A stretch of 64,000 nucleotides of DNA. Source: a virus (taxonomy: Duplodnaviria; Heunggongvirae; Uroviricota; Caudoviricetes). Below the pieces are notes generated by a model that was not told the DNA's origin, did not search any database, and saw only the letters and a program-made list of their open reading frames with translations. Location of the stretch: IMG/VR virus record IMGVR_UViG_3300015214_000024, positions 169,787 to 233,786 of that record; one strand, written 5' to 3'. The translations under genes and the position numbers were made by a program. Positions within the stretch are counted from its first letter, which is position 1. Each line of letters opens with the position of its first letter. This document shows, piece after piece, positions 51,716-63,131 of the stretch.

Positions 51716-52273
51716 ATGGAATTCAAAAAGGGATCTATCAGTGTTATAGATGATATTTTCACACAAGACGAATGCTCAAGGCTGATAAAATATTATAATG
51801 ATAATTTTGATAGAGCTATAATTCGCCCAGATTATCGAAATTTAAAATTCCTTGAAATTGTAAGTCATTATGACCAAAAGCCTTTTGATGATTTTTGTAA
51901 AAAAAATGTATCAAAAATTATGGATTGGATGGATTATCGATACAGGATTCAGCGCGCTCACATAGAACGTCGCCATCCAGGATCGTATATGAAGTGGCAT
52001 TTGGATTCAGCTTTTGATTTAACGGTTTTTACATCAGTTACATATCTGAATGATGATTATGATGGTGGTCACACTGTAATTAGACCACACGGTGATGAAA
52101 CTGACGATCACAATATTGAAATAGTACCAAGAGTTGGACGAACTGTATTCTTCCACGGTGCATATCACGATCATTGTGTGAGCGAAGTGAGCGGGGGAGA
52201 GCGATATACCATACCAATGTGGTATATGACTATGCCGCCAGATCTTCCTGATAAACATAAATGGTGGTTATAA
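51716..52273 (+). CDS. 2OG-Fe(II) oxygenase (tandem paralog)
   Basis: HLD, YLNDDYDGG, HCV. Confidence 0.88.
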   Translation: MEFKKGSISVIDDIFTQDECSRLIKYYNDNFDRAIIRPDYRNLKFLEIVSHYDQKPFDDFCKKNVSKIMDWMDYRYRIQRAHIERRHPGSYMKWHLDSAFDLTVFTSVTYLNDDYDGGHTVIRPHGDETDDHNIEIVPRVGRTVFFHGAYHDHCVSEVSGGERYTIPMWYMTMPPDLPDKHKWWL

Positions 52274-52278
52274 AATCA

Positions 52279-52367
52279 TATCTCGGTAATGCTCAAAGGT
52301 AAGAGCTAGGACCTGTCGTATCAATATAGGCAGGCCTGGATGCAGGTTCAATCCCTGTCCGAGGTGC
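52279..52367 (+). ncRNA. tRNA-like RNA with elongated anticodon arm
   Basis: Canonical D and T arms; ~9-bp anticodon-position helix. Confidence 0.55.
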
Positions 52368-53046
52368 AAACGGCAAAAACTGGATTGGTACTGGTTGACA
52401 TACGCCAATTCAGATATTAGAATGAAGGCCAATTTAAGATACTATAAATTGGTTGTTTTGCCACCAATAGGAGAAAAAATCAATGGGACATCGTAACAAA
52501 GAGCGTATTGATTTCTCCAATTTTAAACGAATGGAAGCATTGAAACTTCCAGCAAATCGTGATGAATGGTTTCCTGCTCATCGCCAAAATGATTGTTTAG
52601 AAATCTATCTCAGCGAAACGATGGATCATAAGAAAAACTTCTTAACAGTGGTCGGCGTGAACGATGGCGATGATGGATATATTGTAAAATGGTTTGATGG
52701 GCACGACAATCCGGATGCTTTTGAATTATTCACAAGATTGATGAATATGGAAATCATATTTAAAAAGAATCTATATGATTTAGGAATGTATGATGACTAA
52801 GCCATATAAAATAATGCAGATAGCAAGTAATGATGATATTGAATATTTTGGTCGGTCATTATCTAAATCAATGAACGTTGAATTACCAAGATTGCTGATG
52901 CTTAGTGAAGTTGAAGCGATTTTGTCGAAAATGCACAATAATAAAGTGCAGGTCAGTTCAATTGTTAAAGACACTATTGAAGAACGATATATTGTTTTTC
53001 AAGACGAATTAACATATTGTGAATTTATGTTATTGGTATAAAATTT

Positions 53047-53120
53047 GGGAGTATAGCACAACGGTAGTGCGTCCGACTGATAATCGGCCGATCCAAGTTC
53101 GATTCTTGGTATTCCCACCA
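53047..53120 (+). tRNA. tRNA-Ile(GAU)
   Basis: Loop CUGAUAA. Confidence 0.9.
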
Positions 53121-53121
53121 T

Positions 53122-53195
53122 TGCCCTTTCCTCTAATGGTAAGAGACGCGGCTCTGAACCGTTCAATCGGGGTTCGAATCCCTGAAGGGCATCCA
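53122..53195 (+). tRNA. tRNA-Gln(CUG)
   Basis: Loop CUCUGAA. Confidence 0.9.
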
Positions 53196-53272
53196 TTCAC
53201 CAATCAGTATCCAGCGCTGAATAAGATTGGACTAAGGTAGCGTAAAAATTAACCGCGCGCTAGGTTGGTGAA

Positions 53273-54094
53273 TTACTTTTTCTTCTTTTTCTTTTTAGAA
53301 TATTTGGCCCAAGCAAAGCCAACTATCGGAATGAGTAACGACCCCCAAGCCCATTCCCAATTGGCAGATAACCATTTGGTTATGCGTTGCTTGGTAGTAA
53401 TGTTTACATTTACTTTACCAACGTATGTGTCTAAATATCGTTCAGCTTTTTCGCCATCAACTGTAATAATAGCCGTTACTGTAATTTTAACTTCTTTGCC
53501 TGGTCCGCTGGAAAGTGGCTTTAGTGACCATTTCCAAGTTGTATCCTGATCACCCATAATAATTTGACGCTGTGGTGTAAGATTGATCACGTCAAAGTCT
53601 CTAGCCTCAAGTCTAACTTCGACAATTCTAGATATTTGGATGTTTTGAGTAATTTGTTGCCCTTCTGGTAAATGTTCTTTCAACTGATCTATTGAAATTG
53701 AAGGATTGATTTTCACCACAACTTCGATATCATCATTAATGTTTGCTTCTTGTGGAACGCTATATCCAAAAGATGATTGCGATAACTGTCGAGCGATGTC
53801 GTCAGATGAAAATACGCTTTTAGTTGGTAATTCGGATCTGTTGGTTTGTGCTGTGTGAATGCTTGTATTTTCTTGAACACTACTAGCAGGTTCTATATTA
53901 TTTAAATATTCATAATTATCACTAATTGACTGCTCATTGGTGTAGTCTTCAGCGGTTTCTGTGGTGACTTGTTCAGATTGTGAATCAAGTTGATAGCCTA
54001 TATTCGAGTGTTCATACTGAATATTTTTCATTACTGCGCATCCAGTACATAGACTGCATATTAATACGAATAAAAATAGACTTAGTTTTTTCAT
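53273..54094 (-). CDS. Putative lipoprotein with C-terminal membrane anchor
   Basis: Lipobox-like CTGC; C-terminal TM plus poly-Lys. Confidence 0.7.
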   Translation of the reverse strand: MKKLSLFLFVLICSLCTGCAVMKNIQYEHSNIGYQLDSQSEQVTTETAEDYTNEQSISDNYEYLNNIEPASSVQENTSIHTAQTNRSELPTKSVFSSDDIARQLSQSSFGYSVPQEANINDDIEVVVKINPSISIDQLKEHLPEGQQITQNIQISRIVEVRLEARDFDVINLTPQRQIIMGDQDTTWKWSLKPLSSGPGKEVKITVTAIITVDGEKAERYLDTYVGKVNVNITTKQRITKWLSANWEWAWGSLLIPIVGFAWAKYSKKKKKKK

Positions 54095-54118
54095 TCTGTT
54101 ATTTATAAGGATAACTAT

Positions 54119-54202
54119 TCTCCCTACTACTGGTAGGTCTAGTAACGTGACTTTGAATCACGGGTGCGCGGACGCGCAAAGGTTCGAATCCTTGAGGGAG
54201 AT
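54119..54202 (+). tRNA. tRNA-Gln(UUG) with long V-arm
   Basis: CGUGA-CUUUGAA-UCACG plus extra arm. Confidence 0.75.
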
Positions 54203-54221
54203 CAAATTTGAGGTATTGATA

Positions 54222-54905
54222 ATGAAAACTTTTACATATGCTATTGGAGATATACACGGTCGATTGGACCTTTTGGTTAAATCGATTGAACTGATTGAGC
54301 ATCACCGTTTACAGAATGATGCATATGCTATAGTTGTATTTTTGGGAGACTACGTTGATCGTGGCCCGAACAGCAAAGAAGTGTGTGATATTTTAATGGC
54401 CGGACCAAATACTGAAAATACTGAATGGATTATACTCCAAGGAAATCACGAAATAATGTTAATTGAAGCTGGTCTAGGCGGTTTTTCTGAACAGAAATTT
54501 TGGCTTAATAATGGCGGTCAAGAAACGCTTAGCAGTTTTGGTGGCTATCGGGAAATGATTCCATATATCAAATGGATGCAAAATTTAACAAAATATTACT
54601 ATGATGGTGAACGTGTATTTGTTCACGCTGGCATTAAAGACGGTGTTCCATTAGAGCAAACGCCTGAGGCTGTGTTACAATGGATAAGATATCCTGATGA
54701 ATATGAGCCTAATTCCCCTTTAGGTTATTTGGTTCACGGTCACACTCCTAAAATGGGCCAGCCTTTGATTCTAAAAACCAGGTGTGATTTAGACGTCTGG
54801 GGAGTCGCTACTGGTAAAGTATGTGTTGGCGTTTTTGAAAAGGGCATCCCGGGCGGCCCGATTGATTTATTGGAAGCCAATATGGGATATAGAGCACTTG
54901 ACTAA
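54222..54905 (+). CDS. Ser/Thr protein phosphatase-type metallophosphoesterase
   Basis: GDIHG, GDYVDRG, GNHE, VHAG, HGHTP. Confidence 0.9.
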   Translation: MKTFTYAIGDIHGRLDLLVKSIELIEHHRLQNDAYAIVVFLGDYVDRGPNSKEVCDILMAGPNTENTEWIILQGNHEIMLIEAGLGGFSEQKFWLNNGGQETLSSFGGYREMIPYIKWMQNLTKYYYDGERVFVHAGIKDGVPLEQTPEAVLQWIRYPDEYEPNSPLGYLVHGHTPKMGQPLILKTRCDLDVWGVATGKVCVGVFEKGIPGGPIDLLEANMGYRALD

Positions 54906-54956
54906 CTAGGTCATCTTTGCTATATCAATGGGTGTGATTAACAGTAAGGAAATATA

Positions 54957-55532
54957 ATGACAATTCTCCGTTGGGATAAACCGAAAAAAGTGATGACCGC
55001 CCAGCAATGGGGTGAGCATTATGGTTTTGATGGCGGCCCCATTGGTGGTTATGCCCCAAATATGAGTGAAGCTGACCAGCTTTCCTGGAAAGCCAAAATC
55101 ACCGGTAAAAAACTTGGATTCCCGCAGGTAGAGATTCGAAAGACTACTGAACGTGGTAGTCAGGTAGTAATTATTATCAATTTGGGCGCTGGATATAATT
55201 ACAAGTATTATCGAGCGGTTGATGATGATTATACTAAGTACGCTGATTATGCTGATTATTTGGCACAGGAAGGTGCCCATTATCATCAAAAATATCCTCA
55301 ACAATATCCCACTCTTCAGGATGGCATTGATTTTATTTCCGAATGTGGTGATGAAGAAGGATTTTGGCGTTGCAAATATCCCACGAAAGGGATCAATGTT
55401 CATATAGCTACGAACGGCCCAATTCAAATGACTTTTGATGAAATGATGGATATGCAAAAGGCCATTGAAGAAGCAAAAGTAGCACTTACTAGTTTAGAGA
55501 TTGCACCAAGCTATGCTAAAAAAACTGGCTAA
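54957..55532 (+). CDS. Hypothetical protein
   Basis: 191-aa ORF with promoter and RBS. Confidence 0.7.
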   Translation: MTILRWDKPKKVMTAQQWGEHYGFDGGPIGGYAPNMSEADQLSWKAKITGKKLGFPQVEIRKTTERGSQVVIIINLGAGYNYKYYRAVDDDYTKYADYADYLAQEGAHYHQKYPQQYPTLQDGIDFISECGDEEGFWRCKYPTKGINVHIATNGPIQMTFDEMMDMQKAIEEAKVALTSLEIAPSYAKKTG

Positions 55533-56138
55533 TCTTTTTATATCAATATATGAATTCCTTTATAGAGGATATGAATTTGCCACATTTCAGCATTTTAAAT
55601 TGGGTGAATATGAAATTCATTATCTAATTGATTGCGGTGCTGGTTATATGGGCGGTGTAGATACCGTAGCGGCTTGTAGTGTGAAAGATGCATTAAAAAG
55701 TCATCGACAACACGATGTAGAAGCAGTATATTGCGATGGTGAGTTAGTATATGCTGCCAGCTGGGCTGATATACAAAGTTTAGATTGAGAGATGTATGCC
55801 CATAATTTATGAACCAAAACCAGAAACTTGGCAAGATGCAGTATTTCGTATCTGTTCAAATTTGAATGATGAAGAAATTAAAACCTTGAAAGAAAATAGC
55901 TATGCACTATTTCACCACGGCCTGGGCACTAGTATCCGAAACAACTGGGACCTGTGGGATGAAACGTCATCATTGTATAAATCATTTCAGAATGACCTTG
56001 GTTTGACACACGCTGACGATATGAGTGGTATTATTCTTCGTAGTGCAGAAGCTACTGCTAAAGGTGAACCAGTACAATGTAAAGAATGGGCTGGAGAATA
56101 TTTAAAATATTGGGAACAGTGCAATAAATAAAATATAT

Positions 56139-56211
<73 letters not shown>

Positions 56212-56400
56212 CAATTATTACAGTGTAACCGCGGAATAGCACTGTGTTGGCAAACGGCATCAATTTAGCCAGACTATAGGTTTGAAATTGGCTGTTCGGA
56301 CCCCATACTGGTAGGATGGCAAAGTCGTGCACCTATTGGTTGGTGGCTACGTGATTAATCACATATAATGAGGTTGGGCCAAAATACTGTAATAATTAAT

Positions 56401-56476
56401 GCTGTTGTAGCTCAGTGGTAGTAGCACTTCATTGGTAATGAAGAGGTCGTGGGTTCAATCCCCACCAACAGCACCA
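56401..56476 (+). tRNA. tRNA-Thr(GGU)
   Basis: Loop UUGGUAA. Confidence 0.92.
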
Positions 56477-56740
56477 GATAAATATTTGTACTTTGAGGCA
56501 CAAATAAAGAGGATCATCAAATGTCATACCCAAATGTATCTGATCACGAAAGTAGAATTGCTGCGCTTGAATCAAGAATTGAAGCACTTGAAGGTCAATC
56601 ATCATCTGACAATAGCCTGCTTCAATTTTTGGCTAAATTGAAGAAGTGGTTCCCATTTATTAGATAATAGTGTGGCCCGATGGGCAGAGCTCGGTCGCTC
56701 CGAGATAGAGTTATAGTTTCTGTACACTGAAACTGCGTAT

Positions 56741-56817
56741 GCCCGAGTAGCTCTTCTGGTGAAGACACTTGCTTTACACGCAAGTTAAGGTGAGTTCGAT
56801 CCTCACCTCGGGTACCA
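56741..56817 (+). tRNA. tRNA-Val(UAC)
   Basis: Loop UUUACAC. Confidence 0.9.
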
Positions 56818-57283
56818 AATTTTAGAAAGACATATTATGAAAGTCCAAATTGATCTAAAAGTTCTTGAAAATTTAATCGAAGCTCTTGAATTTTATGCAA
56901 ATCCTGACACTTATTGGGCTTGCAGTTTTATGTTTGATCGACCGACTGGTGGCTTTGATGAAGATTTTTCAGACCACCAAGAATATAAAGATTTCTTGGA
57001 TGGATCTGCTCCTGATTGCTATTATGAAGACAGGGAAAGGCCAGGAAAGACTGCACGTATTGCGTTACGTGATTATGATACTAATCCTGCCATACCAGTT
57101 GAAGGTGAAGAATGATAGATTTATTTTTTATCTTCATAATGTTAATAATGGGCGGCTGTATGGGCTACAGTCTCGGACGCCACCCTGGTAAGAATGTTTT
57201 TGATAAATTTATGTTTATGATAGAACAAACTTGCAGAGAAGATTTGACAGACGATAAGAAATAAGTTAGTATAAAGAATACAT

Positions 57284-57358
57284 TGCCCGGTAGTTCAATG
57301 GTGGAACACTAGACTTTGAATCTGGGGGTTGTAGGTTCGAGTCCTACCCGGGCATCCA
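57284..57358 (+). tRNA. tRNA-Gln(UUG)
   Basis: Loop CUUUGAA. Confidence 0.92.
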
Positions 57359-58135
57359 AGTTGGTTCATTCGGATTTAGGTTCGGGTGGTCAATGGCTCC
57401 TATTAGGACCAACGCCCAAGGGATTAATCCACGCCGTTGCTCTTCTGATAGATCAGTATGTTGACACAGGCTTGTATTTCCTTGTTAGAAAACAAGGTGG
57501 CGGAACGGATGTTCTTTTGAATTTAGGAGGCTTCGTTCGTGAAGCCTCCTTTTCCTTTGAGTGGAGAGTATATGACTGACGAAGTTGAAATGTTCAGGAC
57601 CGAAGAAGAAGCAAAAGAATATTGGGACGATGTTACTCTTCGTGCAGATATTATCGAAGGTGTAGTCCGAACACTAATCGTAGCCAAGGATGGCACGTAT
57701 AATCGCAACAGCGATGCATCATTTGATCGGTTTGATATCAGGTCTGCGGTAGCGATGGCGCTTAGCCTTTATACTGACAAGAACCTTGAATTGATTGAAA
57801 TGATGAACAAAGTCACAACACGTGATTGACTTTAATTTCCTAAAAGTTTAATATCCTTTTCTACAAGATAGGAAAGTTTATGAATCCGCCAGCAAAAGAC
57901 AAGTCGCCCATTGACGATTTCATTGGACCATTTTCTAAGAAACATCACGTTATTGCTGAAATTCTAAGTCCAGGACTTTGGTCTGAGTCATCTCACGAAC
58001 ACGTTAATTGGTGTTTGTGGGCTAAACAGTCTTTTTATCGTCGAAATACATATTTTGGCGTGCAATTTTGGTTTAAGCGTGTAGATGCGTTAGAACAAGC
58101 TGATAAAATCATTAAGGCTATTGAGGAGATTGAAA

Positions 58136-58882
58136 GTGAATGATAAATTTGAAAAACTGATCGATCGCCTTAGCCAAAAGATACGGCTTTCGGCTAATCC
58201 AGTTCCCGGATTTATTGTTGGTTTGAGTGGGACTGATTCAATCGTCACATTTATACTTCTTTATGAAGCCTTGAAGCGCTACAATCGCGAAGATCGTCTT
58301 TATGGTATTCATTACGTTAATGAATATCGAAAAAAGCCATCGTGGTTTGAAAAAGATATTATTCCTTGGTTGGCGGAAACTTATCCAAACACTCGGCTTG
58401 AAGTCCATACACCATTAGGTGGAAATTTTGATCAACAACGATGGGCTGATTTACATTTACGGGCATTGAATGAAATTGTTGTAAACGGGTTTGGTGAAAA
58501 GAAACTAAAGTTATTTGATCCTGGGCAAAACTACTGGGTTTCTGGTTGTATGAATGCCACTGAAAAAGCTCTTGGAAATTACAGCATTTTATCCAATAGC
58601 GTAAGCATTCAGCCCATTCAGACAATTTACAAGGGAGAAATTTTGGATATTTGTGTCGAACATAATGTTCCTGAAATTGCTATCGAAATGTCGCAAATTC
58701 CTGACTGCTTCTGTGGTCGAGAAGAAATTGCTGCTCACAATGTTCGTTTGATTGATGAAATTATCACTTACAAGTTGGATCCTTCAAAATATGATCCAGA
58801 ATTGCTGGCTGAAGTTTATGCCTATGTTCAAGAAACTAAGCGAGCCAATGATTTCAAAAACAGGACACCATTTAACGTATGA
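58136..58882 (+). CDS. NAD synthetase-like PP-loop protein
   Basis: VGLSGTDS PP-loop; NATE..LG.Y; QPI..YK.EI. Confidence 0.6.
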   Translation: MNDKFEKLIDRLSQKIRLSANPVPGFIVGLSGTDSIVTFILLYEALKRYNREDRLYGIHYVNEYRKKPSWFEKDIIPWLAETYPNTRLEVHTPLGGNFDQQRWADLHLRALNEIVVNGFGEKKLKLFDPGQNYWVSGCMNATEKALGNYSILSNSVSIQPIQTIYKGEILDICVEHNVPEIAIEMSQIPDCFCGREEIAAHNVRLIDEIITYKLDPSKYDPELLAEVYAYVQETKRANDFKNRTPFNV

Positions 58883-59532
58883 TTATCCATACTACGTTAA
58901 TTCGACAGCGCCCGGGTGGAAAAATGGTGGGTATGCTTGGCGTATTAAAATATACTGGTGGTGATCTTTCAGGAATAGCTCAAGCATTATATAAACCATC
59001 AAGGATATATAGTGCTTGGCTTTCAATCAAACATTGGAAGAAAGTTACACATTGCGCAACATTATTTTATGATATTAGTAAGCATCAAGAACTTAGCTAT
59101 GAATTACAAAAGTATGGAATCCAGGCCAATCATTCAGAATTTAAGCATTACAATTCAATGAAGGCTAAATTATATTTAGAAGATCACGAAGCTACTGTGT
59201 TAAGAATTATAGCTTGACACGAATATTTGATAGCTGTATAACGACATTATTACGGCAGTTGGTAGTGTGTAACAGGTTCGATCCCTGACCAATTTGTAAT
59301 AGAATTGAGTAAGCCCACACAAATTTTTAGAAAGGTTGAAATGTCAAAGCGTATCTTTAAGCGTTGTGAAGCAATTCAAATACTTAATGATCTTTTTGAT
59401 CCAGACTATATGGATGAATCGGATCGAATTGATTACACCAAGTGGTCAAACGACCAACTTGAAGGTGAGCTTTGTTGCTCAGGCTATATCCACGATGAGG
59501 ATATGGGCGGAGTGGTAAATTAAAAAAAAAAT

Positions 59533-59605
59533 GGACGGTTAGCTCAGTAGGTAGAGCGGGATCCTTTTAAGTTCTTGGCCGGGGGTTCGAATCCCTCACC
59601 GTCTA
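59533..59605 (+). tRNA. tRNA-Lys(UUU)
   Basis: Loop CUUUUAA. Confidence 0.88.
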
Positions 59606-60211
59606 CAGGAGAATAATCAATGATGGACCACTTTAAAACAGTTTTGGCGGTTACCTTCTTTTTTGCCATTTTAGGCGCAACTCTTGGTCCTCTTTTTGGT
59701 TTTCAACAAGTTATAAACCAGAAGCAAGAATGTTATACTCACACTGAATATGACAATACATTTTCATACGGTTGTGCAGGTCTTGGTTTGGTGTCGGGGC
59801 TTGTCCTTGTTTATCAAGAAGTTCGCCGCAATAAGGGTAAGAAAATAGATGATGACACAAAAAGAGATCAATCAGAAGATTGATGATATAGCCAAATGGG
59901 TCAAGCAAGGCCATAGTCAAAGTCCATCAAATTGCCGACTTTTGTTGGCTGAAATCCAACGCCTACGAGAATTAGCGAACACACTACGATGAACGAGAAG
60001 CGATTCTATGTATATGCCAGTTTCTTTAATGGCAAACGCGGCTGGTATAGAATCCGTGGAGTAGATTCTGGTGGCAATTATATTGGCAATTTCCCTGAAG
60101 GTGTTGATAAATTACCAGGTATGAAGTTTTGCCAAGATAGACCAAAAGGCAAACAAGTTAGTGAACACGTGGTCAAAGAATATTTTGGATATGTAGGCAA
60201 GGAGGTCGAAA

Positions 60212-60421
60212 ATGTCAGTTGAGTATAGGTTTTCTGAAGAAGAAGTTCAGGAACGCTTTGACGAAATTATGGATCTAGTTGATAAAGAACGTGCCCACGT
60301 GATTATTACTCGCGATGGGGTAGATGTAGCTGCGCTAATTCCGTATGAAGATTGGGAGTTTTATCAATCACTAATTAATAGTGATTGGAAAGAAGTTGGA
60401 GAGCGTAATGAAGAAGGTTAA
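60212..60421 (+). CDS. Orphan Phd/YefM-family antitoxin
   Basis: E..ERFDEIMDLV...VIITRDG...AALIPYEDWE. Confidence 0.75.
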   Translation: MSVEYRFSEEEVQERFDEIMDLVDKERAHVIITRDGVDVAALIPYEDWEFYQSLINSDWKEVGERNEEG

Positions 60422-61311
60422 TGTAGAAATTACCAATCGTGGCGCTGTTTATGTTAATGATACGCGGATCACAGGACGCCATACTAAATGGGGTGTCCAC
60501 AATGTCGTATGCAGGTTGGATAAAATTCGCCTTGATAGTGTCCGCCAAGCAATCATAGATGCCGGTTATGGTCATATTAGGCTTGATGATCAGTATTGTG
60601 AGGAAATGGGAATTTGATAGCTATGAATAGCTATGCTGATCTTAAAAAGAAATATGAAGATCAATTCAAAAATGGCGAACTTTTAGGCCATAGTGAATTA
60701 GCGGAAACTTATAGAGACAGTAACACGTTATGGTTAAAGATTAAAAACAGGCATTCTGGCAACATAGTGCAATCTAATGTTATTGAAGCTATTTTTGATT
60801 GGTCGGAATATGTTGGTATTAGAACTGAAAGCTCATTGTTGAGAAATCCACTTGGATGGCGACGTCATCCAAGTATTATGTTTTGTGATGAGTATTTTAC
60901 TGCAATATTTCCAAGATATGATTGGCAGAAAACCGCAGCAATAATTACTTGGGGTGAGTATTTTACGACGAGAAAATTAAATGTTCCTTCGAGCCAAAGT
61001 TATTGAAGTCAACAATCATTTCGATATTTCTATGATTTCATCTATTGTTATTGGTACTAATGATGCTGATGGTTTTAAGCGATGGATGGATAGAAATTAT
61101 TTGTTTATTACGCTTGGCAGTTTTGGCACGATGGTTTGTCCAGTTGCTAATTTTGATCAATATGTAAAGCTACTATACCAAAGAAGTAACCAACCTAACA
61201 TTGATAAAATTATTAAAAAGTGGGGAATTTATGACCCAAATCAAAAAACTTTTCTTGAAAAAACAAAAGGGTGGTTGACATTCAATTTTGGTTCGTTTAT
61301 AGACGTGTAAT

Positions 61312-61384
61312 GCCTCTGTAGCTCAGTGGATAGAGCGCCGTGCTTCGAACGCGGAGGTCGTAGGTTCGATCCCTACCAGGGGCT
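61312..61384 (+). tRNA. tRNA-Arg(UCG)
   Basis: Loop CUUCGAA. Confidence 0.92.
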
Positions 61385-61403
61385 CAAATGATAGGAGAGA
61401 ATA

Positions 61404-62105
61404 ATGTCAGTTAGAGCAGCTTTAGCAAAACTTGCCGCGTGTGCGTGTGGATGTGCGGTTATTGGCGGCGGCGCCGTTCACGTCGCTGAAGCACAACGCC
61501 CAGGTATTTTGAAAACTGTTAAGCCTGTCAAAACGGCTAAACATACTCCATCACGCACTGTTAGACGACACCGCACGGTTGTTACTTATAGACCAAGTCG
61601 TACAGAACCGGTTCAATCAGCCCAAGTTACTCAGGTTATAAATGTTATGCCGCAAGCATTGCCAGAGCAGCAAATGGTCAATGCTGGTGGCGGCGCGACG
61701 GCGACGGTTGTTAGTGGTAGTTCTGGTTCTTCTGGATTTTCTGGATCGTTTGGCGGCTTTGGCGGCGGCTTTTTTGGTGGTTCGAGTGGCGGTTCAGTAA
61801 TCATATCATCCACCTCAAGTGGTAGTACAAGTACGTCGACTAGTTCTAGTTCTTCATCAAGTTCAAGTACATCAACGAGCTCGAGCACTTCTGGTGGTAT
61901 TAGCACATCTGGTGGTTTTGGCTCGTCAAGTTCTTCGTCGAGTAGTACAAGTGGTGGGTGGTCAACTTCTACGTCAGGGGGATCGACTGGAAATCCACCA
62001 GTCGACGTTCCTGAACCGTCTTCAGTAATTTTGTTTGGATTGGGAGTTTTGGGTCTAATTGTAGGCAGGAAGCTTTCAACCCCCAAGAGAGATACCATAA
62101 GCTGA
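61404..62105 (+). CDS. PEP-CTERM sorting-domain protein, Ser/Gly-rich
   Basis: VPEPSSVILFGLGVLGLIVGRK C-terminus. Confidence 0.88.
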   Translation: MSVRAALAKLAACACGCAVIGGGAVHVAEAQRPGILKTVKPVKTAKHTPSRTVRRHRTVVTYRPSRTEPVQSAQVTQVINVMPQALPEQQMVNAGGGATATVVSGSSGSSGFSGSFGGFGGGFFGGSSGGSVIISSTSSGSTSTSTSSSSSSSSSTSTSSSTSGGISTSGGFGSSSSSSSSTSGGWSTSTSGGSTGNPPVDVPEPSSVILFGLGVLGLIVGRKLSTPKRDTIS

Positions 62106-62410
62106 GCTATCGCGGGGCAACTCGAGGAAGTTCAGGATTGGCGTGGGAAACGAGTGGGAGAGGTAGTAGGCTTGGATCAGTATGTCAAGCCGAAGAATGC
62201 CATAGTAAGACGTATCGTTCTTTGCTATGGTTCTCGCTAATCACCACCGTGATTGAGCCAACAAGCCAAACAGGACCTGGCAATTTCCCAGTTATAGGTC
62301 CGGGTTGGTGCAGCCCTGAAGCGATAAGCTTCGTGGATAATTCCGGGGCCAGACGTATGTCTGAGACGAATGATAGCATAATACAGAATCCTGGCTATAG
62401 GCTTATGGTA
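62093..62410 (+). ncRNA. rnpB: RNase P RNA (compact)
   Basis: GAGGAAGUUCAGG...CAAGCCAAA...AGACGAAUGAUAGC...ACAGAAUCCUGGCUAU; P1 ACCAUAAGCU/GGCUUAUGGU. Confidence 0.85.
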
Positions 62411-62431
62411 ACTTGAAAGAAAGGCAAATAA

Positions 62432-62932
62432 ATGTTTGGACGTAAAAAGAAAGAAATCAATACCGGATCCTACACTGTCGACTTTTCAGATAAAACTCAA
62501 TCAGTAAATAATACTGATACAGTTTTAGAATCATATTTCAATGATCCAGTTGAGGAAGATGGACCTCAAGAAGATTTCAATCCAATCGACAAACTATACT
62601 ATTTCCTGTCAGATTTGATGGATGTGTATGAGGATTGGTCTGTTTCTGAATCCGGAATCGACAATGAAGGATATACCAATTATACTGTAATACATAGAAC
62701 AAAACCAATAACTGTCAATTTTAACAGTTATAATAATGAAAATGAAGCAACAGTTTTAATTTCTGGTGAAGATGTTGAAAATATTATAGGATATGATATG
62801 ACAGCAGATTTGGCTGATAAAATATATGATATAATCAACGAGGTTGAGGAAAGATTGGAAGAAGAGCGCGAAGTTAGAAATAACGAATCAGCTCAACGAA
62901 TTCTTGATATGCTTGGATATGGAGAAGATTGA
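62432..62932 (+). CDS. Acidic hypothetical protein
   Basis: 166-aa ORF. Confidence 0.7.
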   Translation: MFGRKKKEINTGSYTVDFSDKTQSVNNTDTVLESYFNDPVEEDGPQEDFNPIDKLYYFLSDLMDVYEDWSVSESGIDNEGYTNYTVIHRTKPITVNFNSYNNENEATVLISGEDVENIIGYDMTADLADKIYDIINEVEERLEEEREVRNNESAQRILDMLGYGED

Positions 62933-63131
62933 TGAAACTTTCTGAAACACAGCTTGATCAAATGATCACACTCTGGCACGATGATAAATCAATTCTTTGT
63001 GAACTCCACGAATTTTTGGGTTTGTCTAAAGAAGATTATTCTAAATGGGTTAAAACTCCTAGTTTTCAACCTGAAAGTGATTTGGATGAAGATGAAGTTA
63101 ATTTCATTCTGAGTATGAAAGGAAGATGTTA

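Noticed and set aside
61631-62098. Minus-strand low-complexity ORF
   Set aside because: Antisense shadow of the Ser/Gly-rich PEP-CTERM gene.
62138-62416. 92-aa ORF
   Set aside because: It lies within the RNase P RNA.
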